A stretch of DNA of 64,000 bases from a candidate division FCPU426 bacterium (GTDB taxonomy: Bacteria > Oederibacteriota > Muellerivitia > Muellerivitales > Muellerivitaceae), in NCBI GenBank assembly GCA_963771075.1, contig CAVYSE010000004.1, positions 1 through 64,000 of the forward strand, read 5' to 3'. Positions 37,931 through 46,888 of the stretch are shown piece after piece (the stretch's first letter is position 1; each line of letters starts with the position of its first letter). Position numbers and translations under genes: made by a program. The notes under the pieces are model-generated. The model was not told the DNA's origin. It saw only the letters and a program-made list of their open reading frames with translations, and did no database searches.

Positions 37931-40900
37931 TTCGCGGCCTCCTCGTAATAGGCGCTATGGGGATCGATTGGATCAAGTGAAGCCGTATGGGTCGGCTTGT
38001 CCTTGTGCACGATGGCGTAAATGACCGGCATGATAAGGAGCGTGGTTACCGTGGACCCCATCAGGCCCCCAATGACGGCCCGGGCCAAAGGGGCCGTCTG
38101 CTGGCCACTGTCGCTCAAGCCTAAGGCCATGGGGATCATGCCCACGATCATGGCGATGGCGGTCATCAGGACGGGCCGCAAACGGCTTTGGGCCCCATAC
38201 ACCGCCGATTCCCAGGAATGCTGCCCCGACCGCCGGGTCAGGTCAGCAAAAGTCACCAACAATATGGAATTGGCCACCGACACCCCTACGGCCATGATGG
38301 TGCCCATGAAGGATTCGATGTTCAGTGTCGAACCGCTCAAATAAAGGACCACCAGGGCCCCCGACAGCACCGCCGGCACGTTGGAAATGACGATAGAAGC
38401 AATGGGAAAAGACTCGAAGCTTCCCGCCAGGAGCAGCAGGATGACCACGATGGCGAATCCCAGGCCCGCCACCAGGCCATCGGTCATATCGGTCAGGGTC
38501 TTGACCTGTCCCCGGACCCGGACCTGCACGCCCTTGGGCAGGTTTTGATGGATGGGCTTGAGGATTTCGTCCACCTTCTCGGCGGCGTGTCCCAGGTCCA
38601 GACCCTGCAGGTTGGCCTGAACCGAGGCCATGCGGGCCAGATTATACCGGTCGTATTCGGCCACTTCCGTCCCCGGTTCCACATCAGCAAAGGCCGATAA
38701 CGGCAGGGCGCCCGTATTGACCGGGATGGGAACCCTTTTCAGATCCTCGATGGACTTGATGTCGTCAGAAGGCACCTCCACCTGCACCTGGTAGTTCACC
38801 CCATCCTTGGGGTCCTCCCAATAGTTGGGCAGGGTAAACCGGCTGGAGGAGGTCACCGGCACCAGAGCCCGCCCGACGTCGGTGACATGGACGCCCCGCA
38901 AGCCCGCCTTTTTGCGGTCCACCTCCACGTTGAGGGTGGGATAATCCAGCGGCTGGCCGTATTGCAGGTCCCGGATGGCCGGCAAGGTTCCGAGTGCCTG
39001 CTTGACCTGGGCCGCCACCGCGCGGTCCTTTTCCAGGTTCTGGCCGTTCACGTCCACATCGATTTGGGTAGGCGCCCCGGCGCTCATAACTTTATCAATA
39101 AGGCCGCTGGCTTCGAAGGTCACTTGCACGTCCGGCAGCTCCTTCCGGAAAACCGATCTTAATTTTTCCTTGAGTTTCGAGGTGTTGATCCCGGATTCCT
39201 TCTTGAAGGCCACCTGCAAAACTGCCTCCTGGGGACCGGAGGTCCAGAGAAAGATGGTGTTGATGGCGTACTGGGTGGGCTGGGTACCCACGTAGCCCAG
39301 AGAGGTGTCCACGCTTCCCTCCCCGGCGGTCTGTTTGATCAGGTCCAGGACCTTCAGCAATATCCGCTCGGTCTTGTCGATGTGGGTTCCCACGGGGGCG
39401 CGCACACGCATCTGGAGCTCGTGGCTTTCCACCTTGGGGAAGATTTCCCGGCCGATATGGCTTCCCACCACGGCGATGACCAACAGCGCCGCCAGGGCGT
39501 AGCCGGCCTGGAAAAGAACTCGGCGCTTGTAAATAAACTCCAAGAGGATGCTGTGGGCCCTTTTCATCTTGTCCAGGAAGGTTACGCCGGTGCGGGAGTG
39601 GTCCTGGCCCTTTTTCAAAATCCAGGTAGCCATCACGGGAACAAGGGTCATGGAGAAGAAAAAGGCCCAAATAATGGAAAAACCCACCGAGAGGGTCAGG
39701 GGCACGAAGAGGGCCTTGGACATGCCCCCCATGAAAAAGGCCGGGATGAACACCGCCAAAATGCAGAGCATGGTCAGGAAGGCAGGGTTGAAGATTTCGC
39801 TTGTGCCGTTGATGGCGGCGGTGGCCAGCTTTTCCCCCTTCGCCAGCCGCACGTGGATGTTCTCGATGGTGATGGTGCTCTCATCCACCAAAATACCGAT
39901 GGCTAGGGCCAGGCCCCCCAGGGTCATGATGTTGATGGATTGGCCCGCGATGTTCAGGCTCAGGATGGCGCCCATCAGGGCCAGGGGGATGTTGATGATG
40001 ACGATGAGGGCGCTGCGCCAATCGCCCAGGAAAAGCAGGACCATCAGGCCCGTCAAGAGTGCACCCGTAATGCCCTCCAAGGACAGGGACTTGATCGAAT
40101 CCTTGACCACCCCCGACTGGTCGAACTGGTAGCTCACCTTGATGTCGTCGGGAAGGACGTCCTGGAACAGGTGCATGTTGTCCTTGATCTCGTTCACCAC
40201 GGTCAGGGTCGACGCATCCGAACGCTTGATGACTGGCAGGTAGATGGTGCGGTGCCCGTCCAAGAGGGCGTAACCGACCTGGATGTCGGTTGAATCCTTC
40301 ACCACACCGATATCGCCCACGAAAACCGTGGGATAGGTCCCCAGGCGGATGGGTACCTTCATCAGGTCTTCGATATTTTCCACGATCGAATTCATGGGTA
40401 CGGCGAGGTACTGGTCCCCGATGCGGATCTTTCCCGAAGGCTCGATCTGGTTGGCCTTGGCCAGGGCCTCGACCACGTCCTCGGGGGATAGGTTGTACTG
40501 TTGCAGTTTCTTCGGGTCCACTTCGATCACGATGGCGCGGGGGCTGGAGCCGAAGGAATCGGAAACCAAGAGACCCGGCAGGGTGGCCACCAGGGGCCGG
40601 ACGTAGTTGAGGGCGTAGTCTTCGATTTCACCCAGGCCCCGCGTCGGGCTGGAGAACACCAGGTCCCCCACCGGCAAGTTGCCGCTGTCGAAACGCAGGA
40701 TGAGGGGCGGCAGGGTGCCCGGCGGCATGTTCTTGAGGGCCCGAGTGGAGCGGGACACCACCTCGCCCATGGCCGCGGACATGTCGGTGTCGGGGTGGAA
40801 CTGGAGCTTCAACAGCGTCACTTCCCCGATGCTTTTGGACTCGATATGCTCGATCCCGTTCACGTAGGAAAACTGCTTCTCGAAGTTGTATGCGATAAAG

Positions 40901-41139
40901 CTTTCCATCTGCCTCGGGTCCATGCCCCCGTAGGGCTCCACGACATAGATGCTGGGGGTGCCCAGGTTGGGAAAAATATCGAATTTCATGTGGAATAGGC
41001 TGTTCACCGCCCCCAAAGCCACCGCGATGGAAAGCACGACCATGGTGATGGGGCGCCGCATGGCCCACTGGACCAACCCTACGCGAAAGACCTGCAGGGT
41101 CAAGCTTTTATTCGTTTTAATCCGGCTGATTGGGCTCAT
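37927..41139 (-). CDS. RND efflux permease (AcrB/CusA superfamily)
   Basis: DIFP, NIMTLGGLALAIGILVDES, VANSILL, RLRPVLMT, PLARAVIGG. Confidence 0.96.
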   Translation of the reverse strand: MSPISRIKTNKSLTLQVFRVGLVQWAMRRPITMVVLSIAVALGAVNSLFHMKFDIFPNLGTPSIYVVEPYGGMDPRQMESFIAYNFEKQFSYVNGIEHIESKSIGEVTLLKLQFHPDTDMSAAMGEVVSRSTRALKNMPPGTLPPLILRFDSGNLPVGDLVFSSPTRGLGEIEDYALNYVRPLVATLPGLLVSDSFGSSPRAIVIEVDPKKLQQYNLSPEDVVEALAKANQIEPSGKIRIGDQYLAVPMNSIVENIEDLMKVPIRLGTYPTVFVGDIGVVKDSTDIQVGYALLDGHRTIYLPVIKRSDASTLTVVNEIKDNMHLFQDVLPDDIKVSYQFDQSGVVKDSIKSLSLEGITGALLTGLMVLLFLGDWRSALIVIINIPLALMGAILSLNIAGQSINIMTLGGLALAIGILVDESTITIENIHVRLAKGEKLATAAINGTSEIFNPAFLTMLCILAVFIPAFFMGGMSKALFVPLTLSVGFSIIWAFFFSMTLVPVMATWILKKGQDHSRTGVTFLDKMKRAHSILLEFIYKRRVLFQAGYALAALLVIAVVGSHIGREIFPKVESHELQMRVRAPVGTHIDKTERILLKVLDLIKQTAGEGSVDTSLGYVGTQPTQYAINTIFLWTSGPQEAVLQVAFKKESGINTSKLKEKLRSVFRKELPDVQVTFEASGLIDKVMSAGAPTQIDVDVNGQNLEKDRAVAAQVKQALGTLPAIRDLQYGQPLDYPTLNVEVDRKKAGLRGVHVTDVGRALVPVTSSSRFTLPNYWEDPKDGVNYQVQVEVPSDDIKSIEDLKRVPIPVNTGALPLSAFADVEPGTEVAEYDRYNLARMASVQANLQGLDLGHAAEKVDEILKPIHQNLPKGVQVRVRGQVKTLTDMTDGLVAGLGFAIVVILLLLAGSFESFPIASIVISNVPAVLSGALVVLYLSGSTLNIESFMGTIMAVGVSVANSILLVTFADLTRRSGQHSWESAVYGAQSRLRPVLMTAIAMIVGMIPMALGLSDSGQQTAPLARAVIGGLMGSTVTTLLIMPVIYAIVHKDKPTHTASLDPIDPHSAYYEEAAK

Positions 41140-41166
41140 TGGTTTTCCTCTAAGGGGCGATGAAGT

Positions 41167-41691
41167 TCAAGCATGCGAGGGGGTTCCAGGCCTCGACCGG
41201 AAGGAAGCGACCGTCAGGGTGTCGGTCTTGGGACGCTCGTTCAGGCCCCTCGACTGGTCGGACCCCGCGAGGGCGGAATCGAAAATTTTCTGAAAGATTT
41301 CAGCTGTTTCGGGGTTCCCGAGAGCGTTTTGTATCTTTTTATGGAGCGCCCAAACCGTCCCATAGGAATGAAGGCCCAGCCGGGCCTTCAATTCCAGGAT
41401 GGACATGGGCCTCTCCCGGTGCGTTATCCAGTAAATGGCCTTAAACCAGATCGACAAGGGAACATGGGAATTCTCGAAAAGCGTCCCTGTCCTCAACCGG
41501 GTTTGGTGCAGGCATTTTTCGCAGGTCCGGACTTCGGGACGGGAATCATGGACATAGAACTCCCGCCCGCCACAATGGGGGCATTGGACCGGATGATCTA
41601 AGCCTTTCAGGCTCCAGGCCCATTCCCGGGCCCGGTCTTCATCAAGGATTTCGTTGAATTTCTTATGGGTCTTCAATTGTTCGAGGTTCAT
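41167..41691 (-). CDS. IS1595-type zinc-ribbon/HTH domain without DDE catalytic domain
   Basis: CPHCG...CEKC, TGTLFENSHVPLSIWFKAIY, LGLHSYGTVWALHKKIQNAL, then an unrelated tail. Confidence 0.8.
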   Translation of the reverse strand: MNLEQLKTHKKFNEILDEDRAREWAWSLKGLDHPVQCPHCGGREFYVHDSRPEVRTCEKCLHQTRLRTGTLFENSHVPLSIWFKAIYWITHRERPMSILELKARLGLHSYGTVWALHKKIQNALGNPETAEIFQKIFDSALAGSDQSRGLNERPKTDTLTVASFRSRPGTPSHA

Positions 41692-41779
41692 CGTGAATCT
41701 CCTGGGGGTTCGCGCCCGAAGGCACGGGATAGCGGGGACGCAATGCGGCCCGGCGTAAAAACCTGTCAGGAAATTGGGT

Positions 41780-42103
41780 TTAAATGCGGAGATTAAGGGG
41801 GAGAGGCTTGAAAGAATCCGGGCAGTTCGCCAGCACAGTAGGGCGAGGAATGGGAAAACTGTCCCCGTTCAAATGCCGGAAAAAAGCCGCTGTAGCGGAC
41901 AAGACAACGCGAACCTTTTCGTTTTGGCTGAAGGAACACCGGGTAAATCCCGAGTCCTTATGGCAAGTAGGGGCCATCATCCTCGCCTGGGTGGAGGAGA
42001 AACCCAGGTGGGAGCCCGAGAGTGAGGGTATACCCCGATTCATGGCATTGGGCGCGAAAGAAAATGTCAGCATGGCGAAAATCAACAGCAACCGGCTCGG
42101 CAT
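41780..42103 (-). CDS. Small secreted leader-like protein ending PLNLRI
   Basis: Signal-like N-terminus, CH/C residues, upstream of the RND locus. Confidence 0.5.
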   Translation of the reverse strand: MPSRLLLIFAMLTFSFAPNAMNRGIPSLSGSHLGFSSTQARMMAPTCHKDSGFTRCSFSQNEKVRVVLSATAAFFRHLNGDSFPIPRPTVLANCPDSFKPLPLNLRI

Positions 42104-42387
42104 TCTCAGGAATCCCATTCCCAAACAATTGGTTTTTTGATGAATAGTCGATTTCACGCTCGTTATCCTTGTGAACCTTCAAAAATTAATTATGTGAACG
42201 TGTCCATTAAAATACAAGCTGGGTCATAAATTTTATCCGGATGAAACATGAAGGTTCCGCGGTTTCCCATAGAGTTAATGGACACGGTTTGAAGGCGGAG
42301 CCCAAAACATACCAGGGGTTCTTCCATTCGTTTCCCTTCTTGACGTTAATAAAGACCCCCCTTCCCCATCCCGAATTAGGAGGAACC

Positions 42388-43113
42388 ATGTTCAAACTTT
42401 TCTTTTTAATAGCCGCCTTAGCGGGTTCGGCCTGGGCCATTCCCATCTCCTCCCATTCCCAAACAGCGGCCGTCCCAACGCCCTCTCCCTGGCCCTGGGG
42501 CACCGCCCTGTCCGAGTTTCGAACCGTTCAGAAATCCAGGGGCACTTTCACGATTGAACCCTTGCACGCCCGAGCCCTGGATTATCTCCTCATGGAATTC
42601 CACGAGGTGGGCCGGAACGACCCTTCCCGTGCGCCCAAGTTCTCGGTCCAAGTCGCGCCGGGGGACCCGGCCCTCTACGTCTTTTACGGCGGAAAACTCT
42701 GCGCGGTTTCCAAACCCGTCAAGCTGCCGGATTTCGGGAATGTCCGGAAAGCCCTGGAATCCAAGTTAACCCCTTCCCCCAGGATCCAATACGCCGACCC
42801 CCGGGGCTTTGAGGGGGACCACGGTTCCATGCGGGTCTTCTTTCATTACACCCCCTTTTCGCCCAATCCCGGCACTTCCCTTTACCTCGTGGAGGTTACG
42901 GGCTACTACGACGATGACCTCTATTACGGGGAAAAGCAATTCGACCTCCTGGAGGCGGAAGAGGGCGAAAGGCTTGCGGGGTTCCTGGTCTGGGTCTCGG
43001 GAGATTACCTCCAGGGCGGGAACGCCTATTCCGATTGGCTGGAAATCCGAAAGAACCCCCTATCCCAAGGGAATGTCCCCTTGAGGTGGTTCAAGGCCGG
43101 GATCGGGCCTTGA
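42388..43113 (+). CDS. Secreted hypothetical protein
   Basis: AGGAGG RBS, signal peptide MFKLFFLIAALAGSAWA. Confidence 0.75.
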   Translation: MFKLFFLIAALAGSAWAIPISSHSQTAAVPTPSPWPWGTALSEFRTVQKSRGTFTIEPLHARALDYLLMEFHEVGRNDPSRAPKFSVQVAPGDPALYVFYGGKLCAVSKPVKLPDFGNVRKALESKLTPSPRIQYADPRGFEGDHGSMRVFFHYTPFSPNPGTSLYLVEVTGYYDDDLYYGEKQFDLLEAEEGERLAGFLVWVSGDYLQGGNAYSDWLEIRKNPLSQGNVPLRWFKAGIGP

Positions 43114-43135
43114 CCGGCCGGTTCCAGGGCACGGA

Positions 43136-44176
43136 TCACTTCCCACCGGAGTTGATCCATTCCATGAACATTTGCTGGGCCGTCTGGTTTTTTCCTTTGA
43201 TCCAATCATCGCAATCATCGCAGGCAACCGGCTCGTGGCCCATCCGCGTCAATAGGTCCCGGTACTTCCCCATCTTCTCCTTCAGGCCCAGGCGGCGGCT
43301 CAGGCTGTAACAATCCGCCAGGGCGCAAAAATCACCGGGATGGTCCCGGTGGTAGGAATCGAAAAAGTCCAGGTCCTGCGGTGATTCGGCCCGAGTGGGA
43401 TGGACTGGGTCATAGCAAGCGACCCGGTCCAGGAAACCGTTGGCGTCCGCCTGGAACGCCTTGCCGTCCCACCCATACCGACGTACGTAATAAATCTGGA
43501 ACTCCTCCCCGGTTTTGATTAGGGCCCTCTGGTAAATGCCGATGAAGGCCTTGCCGGTGGCCCTCAGGACGATCGGGCAAAACCCCGATCCGCGTACCGC
43601 AGGTGCTTTTTCGAACCTGCCGTGCCCGGGTAGTCCCGAGAAAAGATAGACGTTGGCGATTTGGGTCACGCCCTCGGCGCTGTAAACCACCAATTGGTCC
43701 CGGCCATTCCCGATCAAGTCGGCGCCCTCGAAACCCTCGTATTTGTCCCCTTCGACCAAAACGACCTGTTCCAGTTTCCAATCGCCGCCATCCAAGTGGA
43801 AATAAGCGAACCCCGCCCCCGCATCCTTCACCAACTGCCGTCCGGCGTTGTAAAGCAGGCCCACGTCCTGGTACCCGGCCAATCCAATGATGACATCCGT
43901 TCCCGGTGTCTTTGAGAATGCGTGGTAGGCGTCCCCCTCGATGTTCCAGAAAACCCCCTTCTTCCCGGGGTACTTCTCCCGCATGACGTCGTTGATTTCC
44001 TCCAACCGTATCTGGCCGAACGCGATCAATTCGCTGGCCGTCTCATCCACCGCGAAAAGGGGAAGGACTGGCAACAACAGGAATAACAACCCGAGCATTA
44101 TTTTCACGAATAAACCCCCGCTCCCGCAAGCGGGGCAGGGATAAGTATCGCCGCCGAATTTCAAAGTCCAGGCCAT
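43136..44176 (-). CDS. Secreted hypothetical protein (start may be 44098)
   Basis: Signal-like LLFLLLPVLPLFA, DLIGNGRDQL motif, Cys-rich C-terminus. Confidence 0.7.
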   Translation of the reverse strand: MAWTLKFGGDTYPCPACGSGGLFVKIMLGLLFLLLPVLPLFAVDETASELIAFGQIRLEEINDVMREKYPGKKGVFWNIEGDAYHAFSKTPGTDVIIGLAGYQDVGLLYNAGRQLVKDAGAGFAYFHLDGGDWKLEQVVLVEGDKYEGFEGADLIGNGRDQLVVYSAEGVTQIANVYLFSGLPGHGRFEKAPAVRGSGFCPIVLRATGKAFIGIYQRALIKTGEEFQIYYVRRYGWDGKAFQADANGFLDRVACYDPVHPTRAESPQDLDFFDSYHRDHPGDFCALADCYSLSRRLGLKEKMGKYRDLLTRMGHEPVACDDCDDWIKGKNQTAQQMFMEWINSGGK

Positions 44177-44346
44177 TTCCTGGTCCTTTCCTCGTTCAGG
44201 TTTCCATTGAACCTTTTATGGGCCAACCATTGCTGGCAGGGCACCGGGTTTCTCTTTCACTCGTTTTGTTCCCGTCGGGGAAACTGGGGAGCCGGGGGGC
44301 GGCCCGCGTCCGATTCCCCCCGGCCGAACCAGGCCGCCGGGCGGTC

Positions 44347-44604
44347 CTAGACGGGAAGACCCGTCACTAAACTGTGGAGGGTCCGCAAGGCCCGATAGGC
44401 ATCCTCCCCTTCCGCCGATATTTCCAGGTCGTGGTCCCCGGACTCCAGCAGGGTGACCATTTCAGGAAGGCTCTTGGGGTTTACTTCGACCTTTCCATTG
44501 CAAATCCTTATCCTGGCCTTGAACTGGGCGGCTGTCCGGCTGAGATCCATCAAGGTACGAAATTGAAGCGGGGAAGCGTGTGGCACTTCTAATTTAAGCA
44601 GCAT
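44347..44604 (-). CDS. HPr-family paralogue with Gln in place of His15 (Crh-like)
   Basis: PLQFRT vs GLHARP; VNPKSL (Ser46); ISAEGEDA..AL; GGAGG RBS. Confidence 0.85.
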   Translation of the reverse strand: MLLKLEVPHASPLQFRTLMDLSRTAAQFKARIRICNGKVEVNPKSLPEMVTLLESGDHDLEISAEGEDAYRALRTLHSLVTGLPV

Positions 44605-44723
44605 CGCTATGTCCTCCGTGGTGAAAAACTTGTTGAAGTGGGCTTGTTTCTTTACTGAAAGCGGATCGGCGGTCCGCAAAAGAGACACATTGGGGGATCA
44701 AAAGCCGCGGTGGGGGAATGATC

Positions 44724-45083
44724 TCAAATTCTTAAGGGAACGGTATAACTCAGGGGAAATGAAGCCAACCGACAGGCAAATAGGATGGGTTCATTCATGA
44801 AACTCACACCCATCTCTCGTTTCCAGGATTGGAGGTATTTCGAATAAACTAAATGAGGCTTATGAGGTTTTGAATCCGCTTCCTGGAATTGGGAGTCCAA
44901 TTGGCGTATCAGGGTTCTTGCCTGATGCCGGCCTGGACTGTTGGCGGCATAGATGGTTCCGGAGTAAAAACCCTGGTTATGAACGCACAAGCTGAGAAGC
45001 GGCCGACACACGAAAAGGGTAAGAACAGCCGCCATCAGGCTGATCAACGATATCCTCCGCAACAGGTCCATTAGTACCAGCAT
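44724..45083 (-). CDS. Small secreted leader-like protein ending VPLRI
   Basis: GGGGAGG RBS, hydrophobic N-terminus. Confidence 0.5.
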   Translation of the reverse strand: MLVLMDLLRRISLISLMAAVLTLFVCRPLLSLCVHNQGFYSGTIYAANSPGRHQARTLIRQLDSQFQEADSKPHKPHLVYSKYLQSWKREMGVSFMNEPILFACRLASFPLSYTVPLRI

Positions 45084-45116
45084 GGATTTCCTCCCCGTCT
45101 CAAAAAACGGTCCGCC

Positions 45117-46583
45117 TTAGGCATTCTTCCCCTCCCGAGGCAGTCCATCCCGGTTGAAAAACGCCAAAGACCCGTCCTTATGGATCAACTCGATCCTCAG
45201 GGTGCCGGTCCCGGAATCCTTGAATTGGACGCCGATGACGCTCGAATCCAGGTACACCGGCTTGGCGGGGCTAGCCGAATTCCCCGTGTCATAGAGGAAG
45301 GCGTCGCCATCCTCCGTAACCTTGACCAGTCGGTTGCCATCCGGGCTCTGGAATTTCAACATCCCATTCGGGCTGGTTCCCTCCTGGGTGGCCTGGGCAG
45401 GGGCTTGCGCGCTTTCCGATTCATCGGAACCACTCCCATTATCCGCTACGGGTTGTTGTTGGGGGGTGCAACCGTAATCTGCGGGCGTCTGGGGGGGCGT
45501 GCTGTTATCGGCGGGCGCCTGGTCAAACCCTTTATCCGAACCTCCGGGGGGGGCCGCTTCAGCGGTGCCGTCCCCATTGTCTTCGGCCGGGACGTAATTG
45601 CCGTTTTCATATATATAGACCGTGTTATTCACGGGATCGGCCCAGTTCCAATAGCCGTCGTTCCAATAGCACCAGTTGGTGGTCCAGGGATCCTGCCACC
45701 ACCAGTTATCGGCGTAATACTGCGCCCAGAAGAAGCCCGCGCCGCAGCCCCAGCCGTACCAGTTGCATCCCCAGCCGTCGCAATAATGGCAATAGGGGTT
45801 GCCGTTCCAATTGTGCCAGTAGGCTTGGTTTCGTCCGAACTCGTTACGGTTGAAACCGTTCACCCCGTTCATGAACCCCCTGTTCCCCGCAAAGGAGGCC
45901 ATACGACCCGTGACCACTTTCGAACCCATGTCACGGGAGGAAACGGACCGTCCCGGCATGCCATGACTGGCAAGGGCCCCCGTGGATAGGGCGGGAGCAG
46001 AGTGCTGGAAGGACGCGGGGAGTGATGCCCTATTTCCGACCTGGGCCCCAGCGGTCCCTAATCCCCTTGGGTTCCCCGCCGTTTGGGAAGTGGAGGCATG
46101 GTTGAAGTGATGCAGGCCATTGGACGCACCATAGGACCCGTATGAGGCCCGGAGGTTGCCGTATGATGATCCCGGATGGTTGAAATGGTGTAGCGCGGGA
46201 ACCGACCGGTTATTCCCATAAGCGCCTTGGGCGCGGTTCGAATTCCATCCCGGCGTGTAAGACCTTCCGTTTCCCCGGGGATTTCCATAGGAACGGCGGT
46301 TAAAGGATCGGGCACTACCCCCCCGGTAAACCCGGGAAGCACCGCCCCAACCTCCTGCGCCCCTGGAAAACGTGCTTGAACCTCCGCCGCTCCATCCCCT
46401 TCCACCGTTGAAGCCACTCCCGGCCCGACCACCGCTGGAATGATCACCACCGCCGTTCGAACCTCCGCTCCATCCGCCTGAACCGCCACCGCTGTAACCG
46501 CCGCCTCCGCCACCCCGGAAAGCCAAAGTCATGGCCACCGGCAAGAGGAAAAACAAAAAACCTAGAATCTGTTTGCTTTTCAT
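45117..46583 (-). CDS. Secreted Gly-rich low-complexity protein with a Trp/Tyr/Cys-rich segment
   Basis: Signal peptide, GG/RG-rich region, W-rich stretch, small globular C-terminus. Confidence 0.75.
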   Translation of the reverse strand: MKSKQILGFLFFLLPVAMTLAFRGGGGGGYSGGGSGGWSGGSNGGGDHSSGGRAGSGFNGGRGWSGGGSSTFSRGAGGWGGASRVYRGGSARSFNRRSYGNPRGNGRSYTPGWNSNRAQGAYGNNRSVPALHHFNHPGSSYGNLRASYGSYGASNGLHHFNHASTSQTAGNPRGLGTAGAQVGNRASLPASFQHSAPALSTGALASHGMPGRSVSSRDMGSKVVTGRMASFAGNRGFMNGVNGFNRNEFGRNQAYWHNWNGNPYCHYCDGWGCNWYGWGCGAGFFWAQYYADNWWWQDPWTTNWCYWNDGYWNWADPVNNTVYIYENGNYVPAEDNGDGTAEAAPPGGSDKGFDQAPADNSTPPQTPADYGCTPQQQPVADNGSGSDESESAQAPAQATQEGTSPNGMLKFQSPDGNRLVKVTEDGDAFLYDTGNSASPAKPVYLDSSVIGVQFKDSGTGTLRIELIHKDGSLAFFNRDGLPREGKNA

Positions 46584-46888
46584 TTCGCACCATCCCGCCG
46601 GAAAGGCCAAGGGATTCTTCCCGGCTCCTAGTGTTTAGACGCACCAGGGGCACTCCCGAGTTCAATTTATTTTATTCAGATGGATATGGAAAGACGCGAG
46701 GAGTGAGGCTCATGATGTTGTTAAAGATTTCTCAAAGGAAACCCTTGTTTCCCGCCACCCGGATTCATAAAAAACTATCTCCAACATGCATGTGAAAGCT
46801 TCCCAAAGCTTCCCCAATCATGATTTTAACCATGGAAACAACGGGTTGGGTTCAATGACTTCGGTCAAAGGGTGGCAACCGGAATCAA

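Noticed and set aside
41167..41691. Active IS1595 element
   Set aside because: No DDE domain and no evident terminal inverted repeats.
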